In this document: positions 27,246 through 41,855 of the stretch, in pieces
Layout: the number at the start of each line of letters is the position of its first letter
Position numbering within the stretch: position 1 is the first letter of the stretch
Assembly (NCBI GenBank): GCA_964016885.1
Contig: CAXHJY010001764.1
Coordinates: forward strand, 14,900-78,899
DNA length: 64,000 nucleotides
Direction: 5' to 3'
Source of the DNA: Eledone cirrhosa
Lineage: Eukaryota
Notes under the pieces: generated by a model
Databases searched by the model: none
The model's input: only the letters and a program-made list of their open reading frames with translations
Told to the model about the DNA's origin: nothing
Program-made: the position numbers and the translations under genes

Positions 27246-27298
27246 AGGAACATTGAACTAGTTTCGATGTTGTTACATCTCATCAGCAATATTTACCT
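27246..27298 (-). ncRNA. Type I hammerhead ribozyme (family H4), fully canonical
   Basis: Minus strand: AATATTG-CTGATGA-GATGT AACA ACATC-GAAA-CTAG-TT^CAATGTT; 5 bp perfect stem II, 7 bp stem I, palindromic stem III AACTAGTT. Confidence 0.88.
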
Positions 27299-27485
27299 AT
27301 CTTCCGGCCTTTCTAGAGAATCATAAAAGCACATATCGTTATATGCTTTTTCTATGAAAATTAGTAGTGGGCATTTTAGTAGTGTACATTTTTAACTTAA
27401 TTGTTTAAGCGTCAGTCATACAAAAGTGAGTTACAAACGAAACGAAATTTAATTTCGTTTCGTTATTTGTTTTTATATATATATG

Positions 27486-27539
<54 letters not shown>

Positions 27540-27544
27540 TGTAA

Positions 27545-27592
<48 letters not shown>

Positions 27593-27605
27593 GTATATAT
27601 ATATG

Positions 27606-27654
<49 letters not shown>

Positions 27655-27655
27655 G

Positions 27656-28039
27656 TTGGTAAACGGAATAGAAAATGCTGAGAAATTGTTCACAGTTGAA
27701 AAATGGTTTAATTAGGAATAAAAGAGTATTAGTGATTGTATGGGTTAGTATTCAGTTGTGGTTTTAAGTTTTTAAGTTTTTACCGGTTGCGCATTTCTAA
27801 ATGCTTTTCAAAAATAATTTTGAGATAGAGTGTCCGTGCTGTTTGCTCTGATCAGAGCAAACAGCACGGACACTCTATCTCAAAATTATTTTTGAAAAGC
27901 ATTTAGAAATGCGCAACCGGTAAAAACTTAAAACCACAACTGAATACTAACCCATACAATCACTAATACTCTTTTATTCCTAATTAAACCATTTTTCAAC
28001 TGTGAACAATTTCTCAGCATTTTCTATTCCGTTTACCAA
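27656..28039. repeat. Near-perfect ~385 bp spacerless palindrome flanked by (TA)n
   Basis: Centre CTCTGA|TCAGAG at 27851/27852; the arms differ by one 8 bp duplication. Confidence 0.93.
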
Positions 28040-28078
28040 TATATAATAACTTGTGTGTTACACCTCTATTCTTTTAAC

Positions 28079-28090
28079 TATATATATATG

Positions 28091-28121
<31 letters not shown>

Positions 28122-28134
28122 GTATATATATATG

Positions 28135-28167
<33 letters not shown>

Positions 28168-28172
28168 GTATG

Positions 28173-28223
<51 letters not shown>

Positions 28224-28268
28224 ATATATATATATGTGGATATATATATATGTGGATATATATATATG

Positions 28269-28333
<65 letters not shown>

Positions 28334-29703
28334 GTATATATGTATATATGTATTATATATATATATGTATATATAATAAATATATGTATGTATATATATA
28401 ATGTGTATATATATTATATGTATATATATATGTATATATGTATTATATATATATATGTATATATAATAAATATATGTATGTATATATATAATGTGTATAT
28501 ATATTATATGTATATATATATGTATATATGTATTATATATTATATGTATATATATATGTATATATGTATTATATGTTATATGTATATATATATGTATATA
28601 TGTATTATATGTTATATGTATATATATATGTATATATGTATTATATATATATGTGTATATATATGTATATATGTATTATATATATATGTGTATATATAAT
28701 ATATATATATATGTATATATGTATTATATATATATGTGTATATATAATATATATATTATAAGTATATATATATATATATGTATATATGTATATATATATA
28801 TATGTATATATGTATTATATATATATGTATATATATAATATATATATATGTATATATATAATATATATATATGTATATATATATATGTATATATGTATTA
28901 TATATATATGTATATATATAATATATATATATGTATATATATAATATATATATATGTATATATATAATAAATATATGTATATATATATATATATATATGT
29001 ATATATGTACTATATATATATGTATATATATAATAAATATATGTATGTATATATGGAAAGTTATATTTAAATTGTTGGGTTAACAACGAGTAAATATTTA
29101 TAACTGATATAAAAGCACTCAACAAGTATTTGTATGTATATATATATTATATGTATATATATAATAAAGATATGTATGTATATATATATATAATATATGT
29201 ATATGTGTATATATATTATATGTATATATATATGTATATATATAATAAATATATGTATGTATATATATAATATATGTATATGTGTATATATATGTATATA
29301 TATAATATATGTATATGTGTATATATATTATATGTATATATATATGTATATATATAATAAATATATGTATGTATATATATAATATATGTATATGTGTATA
29401 TATATTATATGTATATATATATAATATATATATGTATGTATATATATATATATGTATATATAATATATGTATATATATATATGTATATATAATATATGTA
29501 TATATATATATGTATGTATATATATGTATATATGTATATATATATGTATATATAATATATGTATATATATATATGTATGTATGTATATATGTATATATAT
29601 GTATATATATATGTATATATATATATGTATGTATATATATATATATATAATATATGTATGTATATATGTGTATATGTATATATGTATATATATATGTATA
29701 TAT
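28079..29703. repeat. (TA)n-derived microsatellite containing an inverted H1-family PLE terminus at 29051-29131
   Basis: 29051-29131 is homologous to the reverse complement of ~18087-18172, and its first ~40 bp match 44637-44680. Confidence 0.9.
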
Positions 29704-30029
29704 ATTCACCACCGCCATTACCAGCGCAAAGCAAACAATTATTATTATTATTATTATATACAAGCTGAACTGGACTGGGAAAGGTCAACAGTTGACATGA
29801 TATTGATTTTGATTTTGACTTTGATGATTTTGATTTTGATTTTGTATCAGTACTGTCGGTAATATATGTATATATATGTGTGTTTGTGAGTGGTGTGTGT
29901 GATTGTATGCATGAATGAGTGTTGGTATGTGTGCCGTGTGTGTGGTTGTGGTTTGTATGCATGTGTATTGATGTGTGAGTGTTTGTGTGTGCGTCGTGTC
30001 AACAAGTTTTTTTTTTTTTTTTTTTTTTT

Positions 30030-33000
30030 AATGACCATGCTGTCAAATGGGGGGTAGAGAGGGCCCTTGAGTCTAGTAAGACATCCTCTCTAGTGCTGGT
30101 GGCACAAATAAAAGCACCCAGTCCATACTGTAAAGTGGCGCTGGTGTTAGGAAGGGCATCCAACCAGTGCATCAATGCCAAAACGCTTATCAGCACAGCA
30201 ACAGATAGGAACAACAACAAAATATGAAGACGTCGCATCTCAGAGTTGCAACACTTAATGTTGGCACTCTCAGAGGTAGATCTGCTGAAATAGCGGAGAT
30301 GCTGGAAAGAAGGCAGGTGGATGTGTGCTGCGTGCAAGAGGTGAGATGGAGAGGTGCCTCCGCGAGACTAGTCGTAGGCAAGCGTCTTAGCTATAAGCTA
30401 TTCTGGGTAGGTAAGGATGATGGGTTAGGGGGAGTAGGCATTTTCCTGGCTGAGAAATGGATCAATAAGACAATAGAGGTAGTTTGAGTTAGTAATCGAA
30501 TAATTAAGCTTAGATTAGTTGTAGGTAGGAGACTACTGACAATCATCTCGGTCTATGCTCCCCAAGCAGGCCTAGGCAAAGATGAGAAAGACTGCTTTTA
30601 TGAGCAACTTTTGCAAACAACCACAATGACAGAGGACGGAGACATCGTTATGCTAGCAGGAGACTTCAATGGTCATGTTGGACAGCTCCAGGATGGTTAC
30701 ACTGGGGTACATGGTGGGCACGGTTACGGTTCAAGAAATGAAGAAGGAGTGAGACTTCTTGAATTTTGTGATGCGAGTACATTGACTGTTTGCAACACAA
30801 ACTTCCAGAAACCTGCCAATCACCTAATAACCTACAAATCTGGTGAGCACATAAGCCAGATTGACTTCCTGCTAGTTAGGCAGCGGGACAGGCAGATAGT
30901 GTATAATACCAAGGCATACCCTGGTGAAGAATGTACCCCACAGCATAGGTTAGTTGTTAGTGATATCTCAGTAAGCAAGAGATGGAATGAGACATATAGG
31001 AAGGTCTGGAGAAGAAAGGTCTGGAAACTAAAAGACCTTTCACTAAAATACAAATTTAGGAAAGCCCTTCAAGATGTATATGACGAAAAAGAAGACGATT
31101 TAGAGACGTATGACATAGATAATAACTGGAAGTTCCTACGTGACAACTTGCTGCAGGCTACTGATGAAACCTGTGGCTGGAGCAGAGCTCCAACCAGATA
31201 GAGAGTGACCTGGTGGTGGAACAGCACAGTAGATAAGGCTATTAGAGACAAAGACTAGCATGGAAGGCTTGGAAAAAGGGTGGGAGTAGGGAAGAATATA
31301 CAGCCACTAAGAGAGAAGCTAGACGTCAGGTGTACTTAGCACGCAGGGAGGCAGAGAGTAGGAGGTTTGCCAATGTTCTGTGATGGGAAGATCAGAGGCG
31401 TGCGGTGTTCCACATTGCAAGGCAGTGTGTCAATGCAAATCAGGATGTTGTTGGAGATAAATGTGTCCGGGATGATGCCGGTGTACTTAGTGTCACGAAT
31501 GATCAGAAAAAGGAGGCCTGGAAATGTCATTATGAGAGACTGATGAATGTGGAGAACGAATGGGAGAGAGAGAAATTACCCTTGGTAGATCCGACAGAGG
31601 GACCAGCTATTGAGATTGACGAATATAGGGTCCAAGAGGCGATTAGGGAAATGAAAAATGGTAAGGCGGCCGGACCATCGGGAATAGTTGCTGAGATGCT
31701 GAAGGCATCAGGGGACATAGGCACTAAACTGGTTGCACGCATCATCAATCAGGCTATATATGGTGGTGTCATACCCAAAGACTGGTGCAACAGTATTCTC
31801 ATAAATTGCTACAAAGGTAAAGGGGATGCTTTGGAGAGGAGCAATTATAGGGGTATAAAACTGATAGTTCAGGTTATGAAAGTGGCAGAAAGGATTTTAG
31901 CACAACTAATTAGAGAAAGGGTCAAACTAGATGAGATGCAGTTTGGTTTTGTGCCTGGGAAGAGTACAACAGATGCCCTCTTCTTGGTGAGACAAATGCA
32001 AGAGAGGTTCTTAGAGAAGAATAAGCCACTATACTTAGCCTTTGTTGACCTAGAGAAGGCCTTTGATAGGGTACCCCGATCTGTCATCTGGTGGTCCCTA
32101 AGGAAGCTAGGTGTTGAGGAATGGCTTGTGAGGACAGTGCAAACTTTGTACAGAGGTACTCTCAGTAAAGTCAGGGTAGGAATGGAGTTTAGTGAGGAAT
32201 TCCAGATAAAAGTAGGAGTACATCAGGGTTCGGTCCTCAGCCCGCTCTTGTTCATTATAGTCCTCCAAGCCATAACAGAGGAGTTTAAGACTGGCTGTCC
32301 ATGGGAACTTCTCTATGCTGACGATCTGGTTCTTATAGCAGAATCAGTAGAGGAGCTAGAGAATAAATTCTGGCTATGGAAACAGCAGTTGGAAGCAAGA
32401 GGACTGAGAGTGAATCTAGCTAAGACAAAAGTGTTGATGAGTAGAAAAGAGGACAAAACCCTGATTCCGTCAGGGAAATGGCCATGTTCGATATGCAGAA
32501 AAGGAACTGGCATAAATTCTATAAAATGCACATAATGCAGATCCTGGGTACACAAGAGATGTAGCGGGAGAGCAGGCAAACTAACAGGTAGGGAGAAATA
32601 TGTATGCAGTAGATGTACAACGAAATTAGACAGTAGAAGTCGCACTGATAGACAAATTTTTCAAATGCAAGAGGGCGCTATAGAAGTGGTGGATAGCTTC
32701 CGGTACCTAGGAGATCAGATTAGCATGGGAGGAGGGTGTTCCGAGGCCATAGTATCTAGAATAAGGATGGGTTGGAAGAAGTTTAGGGAGCTGCTTCCTC
32801 TGTTGACGAAGAAGGGTTTCTCCCTGCGTACGAAAGGCCGGTTGTATGATGCCTGTGTGAGGAGCGCGATGCTGCATGGGAGTGAGACATGGGCAGCAAC
32901 TGCAGAGGATATGCGACGGCTGGAGAGAAATGAGGCAAGCATGCTCCGTTGGATGTGCAGTGTAAATGTGCGTGAACGACCCAGCATAAATGTGTTGAGA

Positions 33001-33312
33001 GAGAAACTGTGTCTGAGAGGGATAGAATGTAGTGTACGGGAGAGGAGACTGAGGTGGTATGGACATGTGATGCGCATGGAGGATGAGCGATGGGTGAAGA
33101 AGTGCCAGGAAATGCCAGTTGAAGGAAGATGTGGTAGAGGTAGACCACGAAAAACATGGGCGGAGGTGGTGAGAACAGACCTCAGATCATTGAAGCTCAC
33201 GGTGGAGATGACGAGGGACCGTGACGAGTGGAGAGATGCTGTGCTGAATAAGACCCGTCCCACCCTTGCAAGCAGGGAAAAGCGAATGTAAAATGATGAT
33301 GATGATGATGAT
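30030..33312 (+). mobile_element. Full-length RTE-clade LINE (family B), inactivated
   Basis: ORF 30224-33291 with APE and RT motifs; stops at 30485, 31199, 31381 and 32533 and a frameshift near 31250; ends in (GAT)n. Confidence 0.96.
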
Positions 33313-33421
33313 ATATGAATATATTATATATATGTACATATATATATTATATATATATACATATATATATATATGTATATTATTATTATATATATTATAT
33401 ATATAATATATGTATATATAT

Positions 33422-36400
33422 ATCATCATCATCATCATCATCATCATCGTTTAACGTCCGTGTTCCACGCTTGCATGGGTTTGGACGGAGGGTTTTCCCA
33501 CTTGAGGCAAGAGTGGTTATCTTGCTCGCATAGGACTATCTGGCGGGTTTTCTACAGCTGGATGCCCTTCCTAACACCAACCACATTTACAGTGTGGGGC
33601 TGGGAGGTTTTTACTGTGTTGCCTACACGGCCACATTACAGCGTGAACCGTGTGTTTTTTTGACGTGACACCTACACGATCTCATTTGTTTCGGCCTGGA
33701 TGTTGTGGCACCAACATAACTTTACATTGAATGGGGTGGATGGGGTGGGGTGGTGGGACGGGGGTGTATTTTGTTAGAGATGCCTACTGACTGTAGTAGG
33801 TTTTACTTTGTATTTAGGTAAGGCGGGTCTTCTCTATTACTGAGTACCGCCAAAGGTCTCGGTCCAGTGACATTGTCTTGGTGAGGTGTAAGTGTGTGAG
33901 GTCGGAATTTATCAGCTCGTCCCAGGTTTTTCTGGGTCTGCCTATTCCGTGGCTACCGTCTATCTTTATTGCCCTGCACTTTGTTATACAACTATCGTCC
34001 TTCATGCGCATCACGTGACCATACCAACATAGCCTTCTCTCGAGTAAACAACATCTGATCCCTCTTATTTCTAATTTTTTTCTTAGTTCGTTTATGCTTT
34101 GCCGTTCACGTATATTACTATTACACATCCAGCGGAGCATGCAAGCTTCGTTTCTCTCTAGTCTGCGTATAGCCTCTGCACACAATGCCCAGGTCTCACT
34201 GCCATGCAACATTGCTGTTCGTATGCAGGCATCGTACAACCTGCCTTTCATTTTTAGGGAGAACCCTTTAGCGGCTAATAGTGGTATGAGCTCTCTGAAC
34301 TTTTTCCACCCAGTTCTGACTCTAGCTACTCTACTTTCAGAGCACCCTCCCCCACTGCTGATTTGGTCACCCAGGTAACGGAAGCTGACCACTATTTCTA
34401 TAGAACCCTCTGCGCAGTTGAAAGAGCTAGTATATTTTGGGCACTTGCTGCTACTTATTGCCCCAGAACACCGGCCATATGTAAAATCTATGTTCTTAGT
34501 TAGCTTACCTGTGATCCCACTACATCTTTTATGCACCCAAACTTTGCATTTGGGACACAAAATGGAGTTTCTACCTACGCCTTTCCTACACTCTGAGCAT
34601 GGCCACTTCCCGGAGGGGACCGCCGCCTTATTTTCTTTCTTACAAACTAGAACTTTAGTCTTAGCCAGGTTAATTTTAAGGCCTTTTGATTCTAGGCCGT
34701 GCTTCCATGTTTGGAATTTCTTCTCTAGCTCGGCCATTGATTCAGCTATGAGCGTTAGATCATCTGCGTATAGGAGTTCCCATGGGCAGCCAGTCTTGAA
34801 CTCCACTGTTATAGCCTGGAGGGCAATAATAAATAGTAGGGGGCTAAGAACAGAGCCCTGATGAACACCAACTTTTACACTAAACTCTTCACTATATTCG
34901 TTGTTAATTCTAACGTTGCTGACTGTTTCTTTATACATGGCTTGTATAGCTCTCACAAGCCATTCATCAACACCTAGTTTTCTAAGAGCCCACCAGATAA
35001 TGGAACGGGGGGACTCTGTCGAAGGCTTTCTCCAAGTCAACGAAAGCTAAGTATAGGGGTTTACTTTTAGCTAGGTACTACTCCTGTAGTTGTCGTACAA
35101 TGAAAAGAGCGTCTGTGGTACTTTTTCCTGACACAAACCCGAACTGCATTTCATCTAGATCAATTCGCTCTCTAATTAGTTGCGCTATTACTTTTTCCGT
35201 GACCTTCATGACCTGGTCGATTAATTTAATGCCTCTATAGTTACTCCTATCTAGGGCATCTCCTTTACCCTTATAACAGTTAACGATGATGCTGCTACGC
35301 CAGTCCTTCGGAACAGCCCCATTCTGTATGACTTGGTTGACTATCCGGGTGTCCATGGTGTGTCCCACCGAACCAGATGCCTTCAGCATCTCAGCAACTA
35401 TTTCCGAAGGCCCAGCCGCCTTACCCGTCTTCATATTTTTGATTGCCTTACTTATTATACTACCCTCGACTAACACTGCTGGTCCCTCTATTGGGTCGAT
35501 GTGGGCGAGACTGTCTTTCTCCCATTTATTCTCCTCATTTAGTAGCCTTTCATAGTGACACTTCCAAGCTACCTTCTTATCAGCGTCGGTGATGGCAAGT
35601 ACGCCGTCATTGTTAAGTACACACTTCTCCCCGACAATATCACGGTTTTCCTTGACGCATTGCCTAGCAATCCTGAACACCTCACGTTTTTGGTCCTCGC
35701 GTTGTAGAACATGCTTGAACTTTCTTTCCTCTGCTTCCCTTCTTGCGAAGTACACTTGTCTCCTAGCTTCCCTCCTGGCCACTTGATAGTCTTCTTTACT
35801 TCCCCCATCCCGCCATACTTTCCAAGCCTGCTTTTTGGCCTTAATTGACCCCTCCACCTTACTGTTCCACCACCATGTTAATCTCCTCCTGCCAACAGGC
35901 CTGCTCCAGCCACAGACTTCGTCTGTCGCCATCAGCAGGTTTGCTTTCAGAAATTCCCACTGTCCCTCTATATAGTCCGACTCTAAATGCTCTTCCTTAC
36001 TTTCGAAAGCATCAAGTAATATGCTTTGAAATTTATTTTTGGCTGTGGGGTCCTTTAGCTTCCATATTTTTCTCCTGAGGATAGTCCTCTTCTGTTGTCT
36101 AGTACGTCTCGTCCTGACTATTAGGTCGCTAATTATCAGTCTATGTTGGGAGGTGCATTCTTCATGGGGGAGGGATTTAGTGTTTACAACAGTCACTCTG
36201 TCACGTCTTCTGGTAAGGATATAATCTACCTGGCTGGTATGTTCCCCTGATCTGTAGGTGATCAAGTGATTGTCTCGTTTTTTGAAGTTAGTGTTGCAGA
36301 TAGTTAGGTTATTTGCGTCACAGAATTCCAGGATTCTGGAGCCTTCCTCATTTCTAGTACCAAACCCATAGCCTCCATGGATTTCGTCGTAGCCGTCACA

Positions 36401-36788
36401 ATGTTGTCCAACGTGACCCTTTAGGTCGCCTACAATAATTATATAGTCACTGTCGGTTATTTGGGAGGTAGTGAGCATCAGTGTCTCATAGAATCTGTCT
36501 TTTATAGTGTTGGGCAGTCCGGATTGGGGTGCGTACGCGGATATTACTGTCACCGTAGTTCTATTGAGGACAAGTCTTATTTTAATTATTCTGTCGTTCA
36601 CTCTATTTACGTCTATTATCTTATCTGCCCACTTTTCTGCTACCATGATTCCTACCCCACCCAGAAAAGCTTATAGCATCGTTTTCTACCCACAATGAAT
36701 CTAGCAGATCCACCCCTCCACCTGGTCTCTTGAATACAACAAACATCGACCTCCTTACGTTCAAGCATCTCTACAACCTCGTTAGAGC
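33422..36788 (-). mobile_element. RTE LINE (family A), slightly 5'-truncated, disrupted
   Basis: ORFs 35078-36646 and 33814-35040; closely similar to 23243-26990; tail-to-tail with family B copy. Confidence 0.96.
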
Positions 36789-36995
36789 ATATATTATATA
36801 TATAATATATATGTACATATATATATTATATATATGTACATATATATATACATATATGTATATATATATATATATGTACATATATATATTATATATATGT
36901 ACATATATATATTATATATATATACATATATATATGTATATATATATATATTATATATATGTACATATATATATTATATATACATATATATATAC

Positions 36996-37027
<32 letters not shown>

Positions 37028-37182
37028 GTATATATATATAATATATGTATATATATATATTATATATATAATATATGTATATATATTATATATATAATAT
37101 ATGTATATATATATATATTATATATATAATATATATATTATATATATATATTATATGTATGTACATATATATATTATATATA

Positions 37183-37510
37183 TCATCATTTCATTTTACG
37201 TCCGCTTTTTCCCTGCTTGCAAGGGTGGGACGGTAACTGATTTGGGCTTGATTTCTACAGCTGGATGCCCTTCCTAACACCAACCTCATTTACAGTGAGT
37301 GGTGGGTGCTTTTTTGCCGTGGCACCTACACGACCACATTGCAGTGGAATGATATGGACCCCAGTCCCTATCATCTCATTTCTACAGATGAGTAAACTGG
37401 AACAATGTGAAATAAAGTGTCTTGCTCAAGGAAACAACACATCACCCGGTCTGAGAATTGAACTCACAACCTTTCAATTGCAAGGTCAATGCTCTAACCA
37501 CTAAGCCTCC
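37183..37510 (-). mobile_element. tRNA-derived SINE with RTE-type tail
   Basis: A/B boxes at the right end; tail CCGTCCCACCCTTGCAAGCAGGG...GGACGTAAAATG. Confidence 0.88.
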
Positions 37511-37562
<52 letters not shown>

Positions 37563-37618
37563 GTATATATATAATATATGTATATATATAATATATGTAT
37601 ATATATAATATATGTATG

Positions 37619-37654
<36 letters not shown>

Positions 37655-38009
37655 ATATATGTATATATAATATATGTATATATAATATATGTATATATAT
37701 AATATATGTATATATATATGTGTATATATATATAATATATGTATATATATATATATGTATATATATAATATATGTATATATATATGTGTATATATATATA
37801 ATATATGTATATATATATATATGTATATATATATAATATATGTATATATATATATATATTATATATATAATATATGTATATATATATATATATTATATAT
37901 ATAATATGTGTATATATATATATTATATATATAATATGTGTATATATATATATATATTATATATATAATATGTGTATATATATATATATATTATATATAT
38001 AACATGTGT

Positions 38010-40720
38010 ATCATCATCATCATCATCATCACCGTTTTACGTCCGTTCTTCCACGCTAGCATGGGTTAGACGGGTTGTCCTGTTGTGGGCAGTGTCTGGT
38101 CGGCTGACCATGCCTTGCTCATACAGGAACTGATCTGGCTTGATTTCTACAGCTGGATGCCCTTCCTAACACCAACCTCATTTACAGTGAGTGCTGGGTG
38201 CTTTTTCGTGGCGCCTACACGTCCACTTTACAGTGTGGGCTGGGTGCTTTTTTGCCGTGGCACCTCCACGACCACCTTGCGGTGGGGGGGGGGGGGGGCA
38301 TATTGTTTATATGCTTCAGCATGTACCCATGGGAGGTCGGGTACCCTGTATTACTGCGTGACGCCAGAAGTCACGGTCGTGTGTCATTGACTTTGAGAGG
38401 TGTAGTTGGGTAAGGTCGGCTTTTATCACCTCATCCCAAGTCATCTTGGGTCTCCCCACTCCGCGGTTTCCATCAACTTCTAGTGCTCTGCACCTTTTTA
38501 TGCAGCTGTCATCCTTCATACGCATCACATGTCCATACCAGCGTAACCGCCTCTCCTGCACGCAGCATTTGATTCCTCTTATGCTCAGTCTCTCTCTCAA
38601 TTCATTTATGCTTTGTCGTTCACGTATATTACTGTTACACATCCATCGGAGCATGCAGGCTTCGTTTCTCTCTAATCTACGTAGGTCTTCCACCTTCAGC
38701 GCCCAGGTCTCACTACCATGCAACATCGCTGTTCGGATACACGCATCATACAGTCTGCCTTTCATTCTGAGGGAGAAGCCTTTTGCAGCTAGCAGTGGTA
38801 GTAGTTCCCTAAACTTCTTCCATCCCGTTCTTACCCTAGTTATTGTACTTTCTGAGCACCCACCTCCGTTGCTAATTCGGTCACCTAGGTAGCAGAAGCT
38901 GTCTACTGTTTCTACAGGGCCCTCCCAGAGATTGGTGGTACTTGTTTCCTGTGGCTGTTTGCTTGCTGTTTCAGCACAGCTGCTGCATGTGAATCCTACA
39001 TTCTTAATTAAGCTTCCTGAGATCCCGCTACATCTCTTGTGTACCCATTGTTTGCATTTGGGGCAAAGAATGGAGTTCCTACCTACACCTTTCCTACATA
39101 CTGAGCAAGGCCATTTCCCTGAGGGGATCTGGGTTCTGTTTTCTCGTCTACTTATAAGGACCTTAGTCTTTGTCATGTTGACTTTGAGGCCCTTTCTCTC
39201 TAGTCCCTGCTTCCAGGTTTGGAATTTATTCTCTAGTTCTACCATAGATTCAGCTATGAGTGCGAGGTCATCAGCATACAGGAGTTCCCATGGGCATCCG
39301 GTCTTAAACTCCTCCGTTATTGCCTGCAGGACTATGATGAACAGGAGAGGGCTAAGAACAGAGCCCTGGTGGACCCCAACCTGTACGCTAAATTCCTCGC
39401 TATACTCATTGCCAATCCTAACTTTGCTGACTGCTCCCCTATACATGGCTTGTACCGCTTTCACAAGCCATTCATCTACTCCTAGTTTTCTAAGAGCCCA
39501 CCAGATTACTGCACGTGGAACTCTGTCAAAGGCTTTCTCAAGGTCGACAAATGCCAAGTAGAGTGGCTTACTTTTAGCTAGGTACTTTTCCTGTAATTGC
39601 CTCACAAGGAAGAGCGCATCAGTGGTGCCTTTCCCTGGAACAAACCCAAATTGCATCTCGTCTATATTCACCCGGTCCCTAATCAGCTGTGCTATAACTC
39701 TTTCTGTTACTTTCATGACCTGGTCCATCAACTTTATACCTCTATAGTTTCCTCTATCTAGTGCATCGCCTTTACCTTTGTAGCAGTTGACAATGATGCT
39801 ACTGCACCAATCTTTTGGTATGGCCCCCTCTAGTATTACCTGGTTAACGATACGTGTGGTTATAGTGTGACCTACAGACCCAGATGCCTTCAGCATCTCG
39901 GCAGCTATACCCGATGGACCGGTTGCCTTCCCTATCTTCATATCTCTGATTGCCTTACTTACTACGCTGCCGCTGACTTGTACTGCTGGTCCCTCTATAG
40001 GGTCTACGTGGGGTAGGGTCTCTTCTTCCCATGCATTCTCCTCATTTAGTAATCTATCATAATGACTCTTCCATGCATCTTTCTTCTCAGCACTTGTGAG
40101 GGCAAGCTCACCTTTATCATTCCGGATACACTTCTCTCCAATGACATCACAACTATCTCTGACACACTGCCTCGCAATCTTGAATACCTCCTGTTTCTGG
40201 TCCTCACGTTGTAAAACATGCTTGAATTTTCTATCCTCTGCTTCCCTCCTAGCTAAGTATACTTGTCGCCTAGCTTCCCTCTTGGTCTCTATGTAATGTA
40301 CCCTGCTCCCCCCGTTCTTCCATTCTTTCCATGCCTGTCTCTTGGCCTTGACAGCTTCATCTACCTTATTGTTCCACCACCAAGTCACTCTCCTCCTGCT
40401 TGAGGTCTTACTCCAGCCACAAACCTCATCCGTCGCCTCTAGTAAGTTATTTTTTAGGAACTCCCAGTTCTCTTCTACGTTAAATGTCTCTATCTGTTCT
40501 TCTTTACTGTCGTAGGCGTTGAGTAAAATATCTTTAAATCTGTTACTGGTTGAGGGGACTTTCAGCTTCCAGATCTTTCTTCTCCAGGTTGGCCTCTGTT
40601 TCAGGGCTCGTCTAGTTCTGACCGTGAGGTCGCTGACAACTAAGCTATGTTGGGATGTACATTCCTCACTAGGGAAGGCTTTTGTGTTTACGACCGTCCA
40701 TCTGTCACGTCCTCTGATGA
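38010..40720 (-). mobile_element. 5'-truncated RTE LINE (family C) with uninterrupted RT frame
   Basis: ORF 38316-40865; its first ~48 aa come from the adjacent PLE fragment, the rest is end of APE, RT and C-terminus. Confidence 0.96.
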
Positions 40721-41855
40721 GCAAAGAATCGCTGCTTTCACTCTTAACGGGATCTGAAACTAAAAAAATCAATTTGTGAACGCAGAAGTAAATATTTCGA
40801 AAAACATTGCAACCGAAGGAAAACAGGAAGACGATACTTTGGTTCGTGAAGATGTTCTCTGGCAATGAATATGTATATATATATATATATTATATATATA
40901 ATATATGTATATATATATATATATTATATATATAATATATGTATATATATATATATATTATATATATAATATATGTATATATATATATATTATATATAAT
41001 ATATGTATATATATATATATTATATATATAATATATGTATATATATATTATATATATAATATATATATATATTATATATATGTACACATATATATAATAT
41101 ATATATATATATTATATATATGTACATATATATATTATATATATATACATATATATAATATATATATATTATATATAGTATATATATTTAATATATATAT
41201 ATATACTAGCAGAATGGCCCGGTGTTGCTCGGGCTTCTAAACATAGATTTTTGTGTATGCAAAAATATCTGTACACGAATATATAATTATATCTATATAT
41301 ATATTAAAATAACAGATTAAAGTTTAAGCAAAGAATCGCTGCTTTCACTCTTAACGGGATCTGAAACTAAAAAAATCAATTTGTGAACGCAGAAGTAAAT
41401 ATTTCGAAAAACATTGCAACCGAAGGAAAACAGGAAGACGATACTTTGGTTCGTGAAGATGTTCTCTGGCAATGAATATGTATATATATATATATATTAT
41501 ATATATAATATATGTATATATATATATATATTATATATATAATATATGTATATATATATATATATTATATATATAATATATGTATATATATATATATTAT
41601 ATATAATATATGTATATATATATATATTATATATATAATATATGTATATATATATTATATATATAATATATATATATATTATATATATGTACACATATAT
41701 ATAATATATATATATATATTATATATATGTACATATATATATTATATATATATACATATATATAATATATATATATTATATATAGTATATATATTTAATA
41801 TATATATATATACTAGCAGAATGGCCCGGTGTTGCTCGGGCTTCTAAACATAGAT
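40721..41855. repeat. Tandem duplication, period 607 bp (PLE end + TA tract + Helitron 3' end)
   Basis: 40721-41248 appears identical to 41328-41855; the ORF track gives identical peptides offset by 607. Confidence 0.9.

Noticed and set aside
40715-40745. CTGATGAG at the RTE/PLE junction as a hammerhead
   Set aside because: It is the reverse complement of RTE codons (LIRG); no suitably placed stem II-GAAA-UH.
38316-40865. Intact 849 aa fusion gene
   Set aside because: Chance in-frame read-through from a non-coding PLE fragment into a truncated RTE ORF lacking most of the endonuclease.
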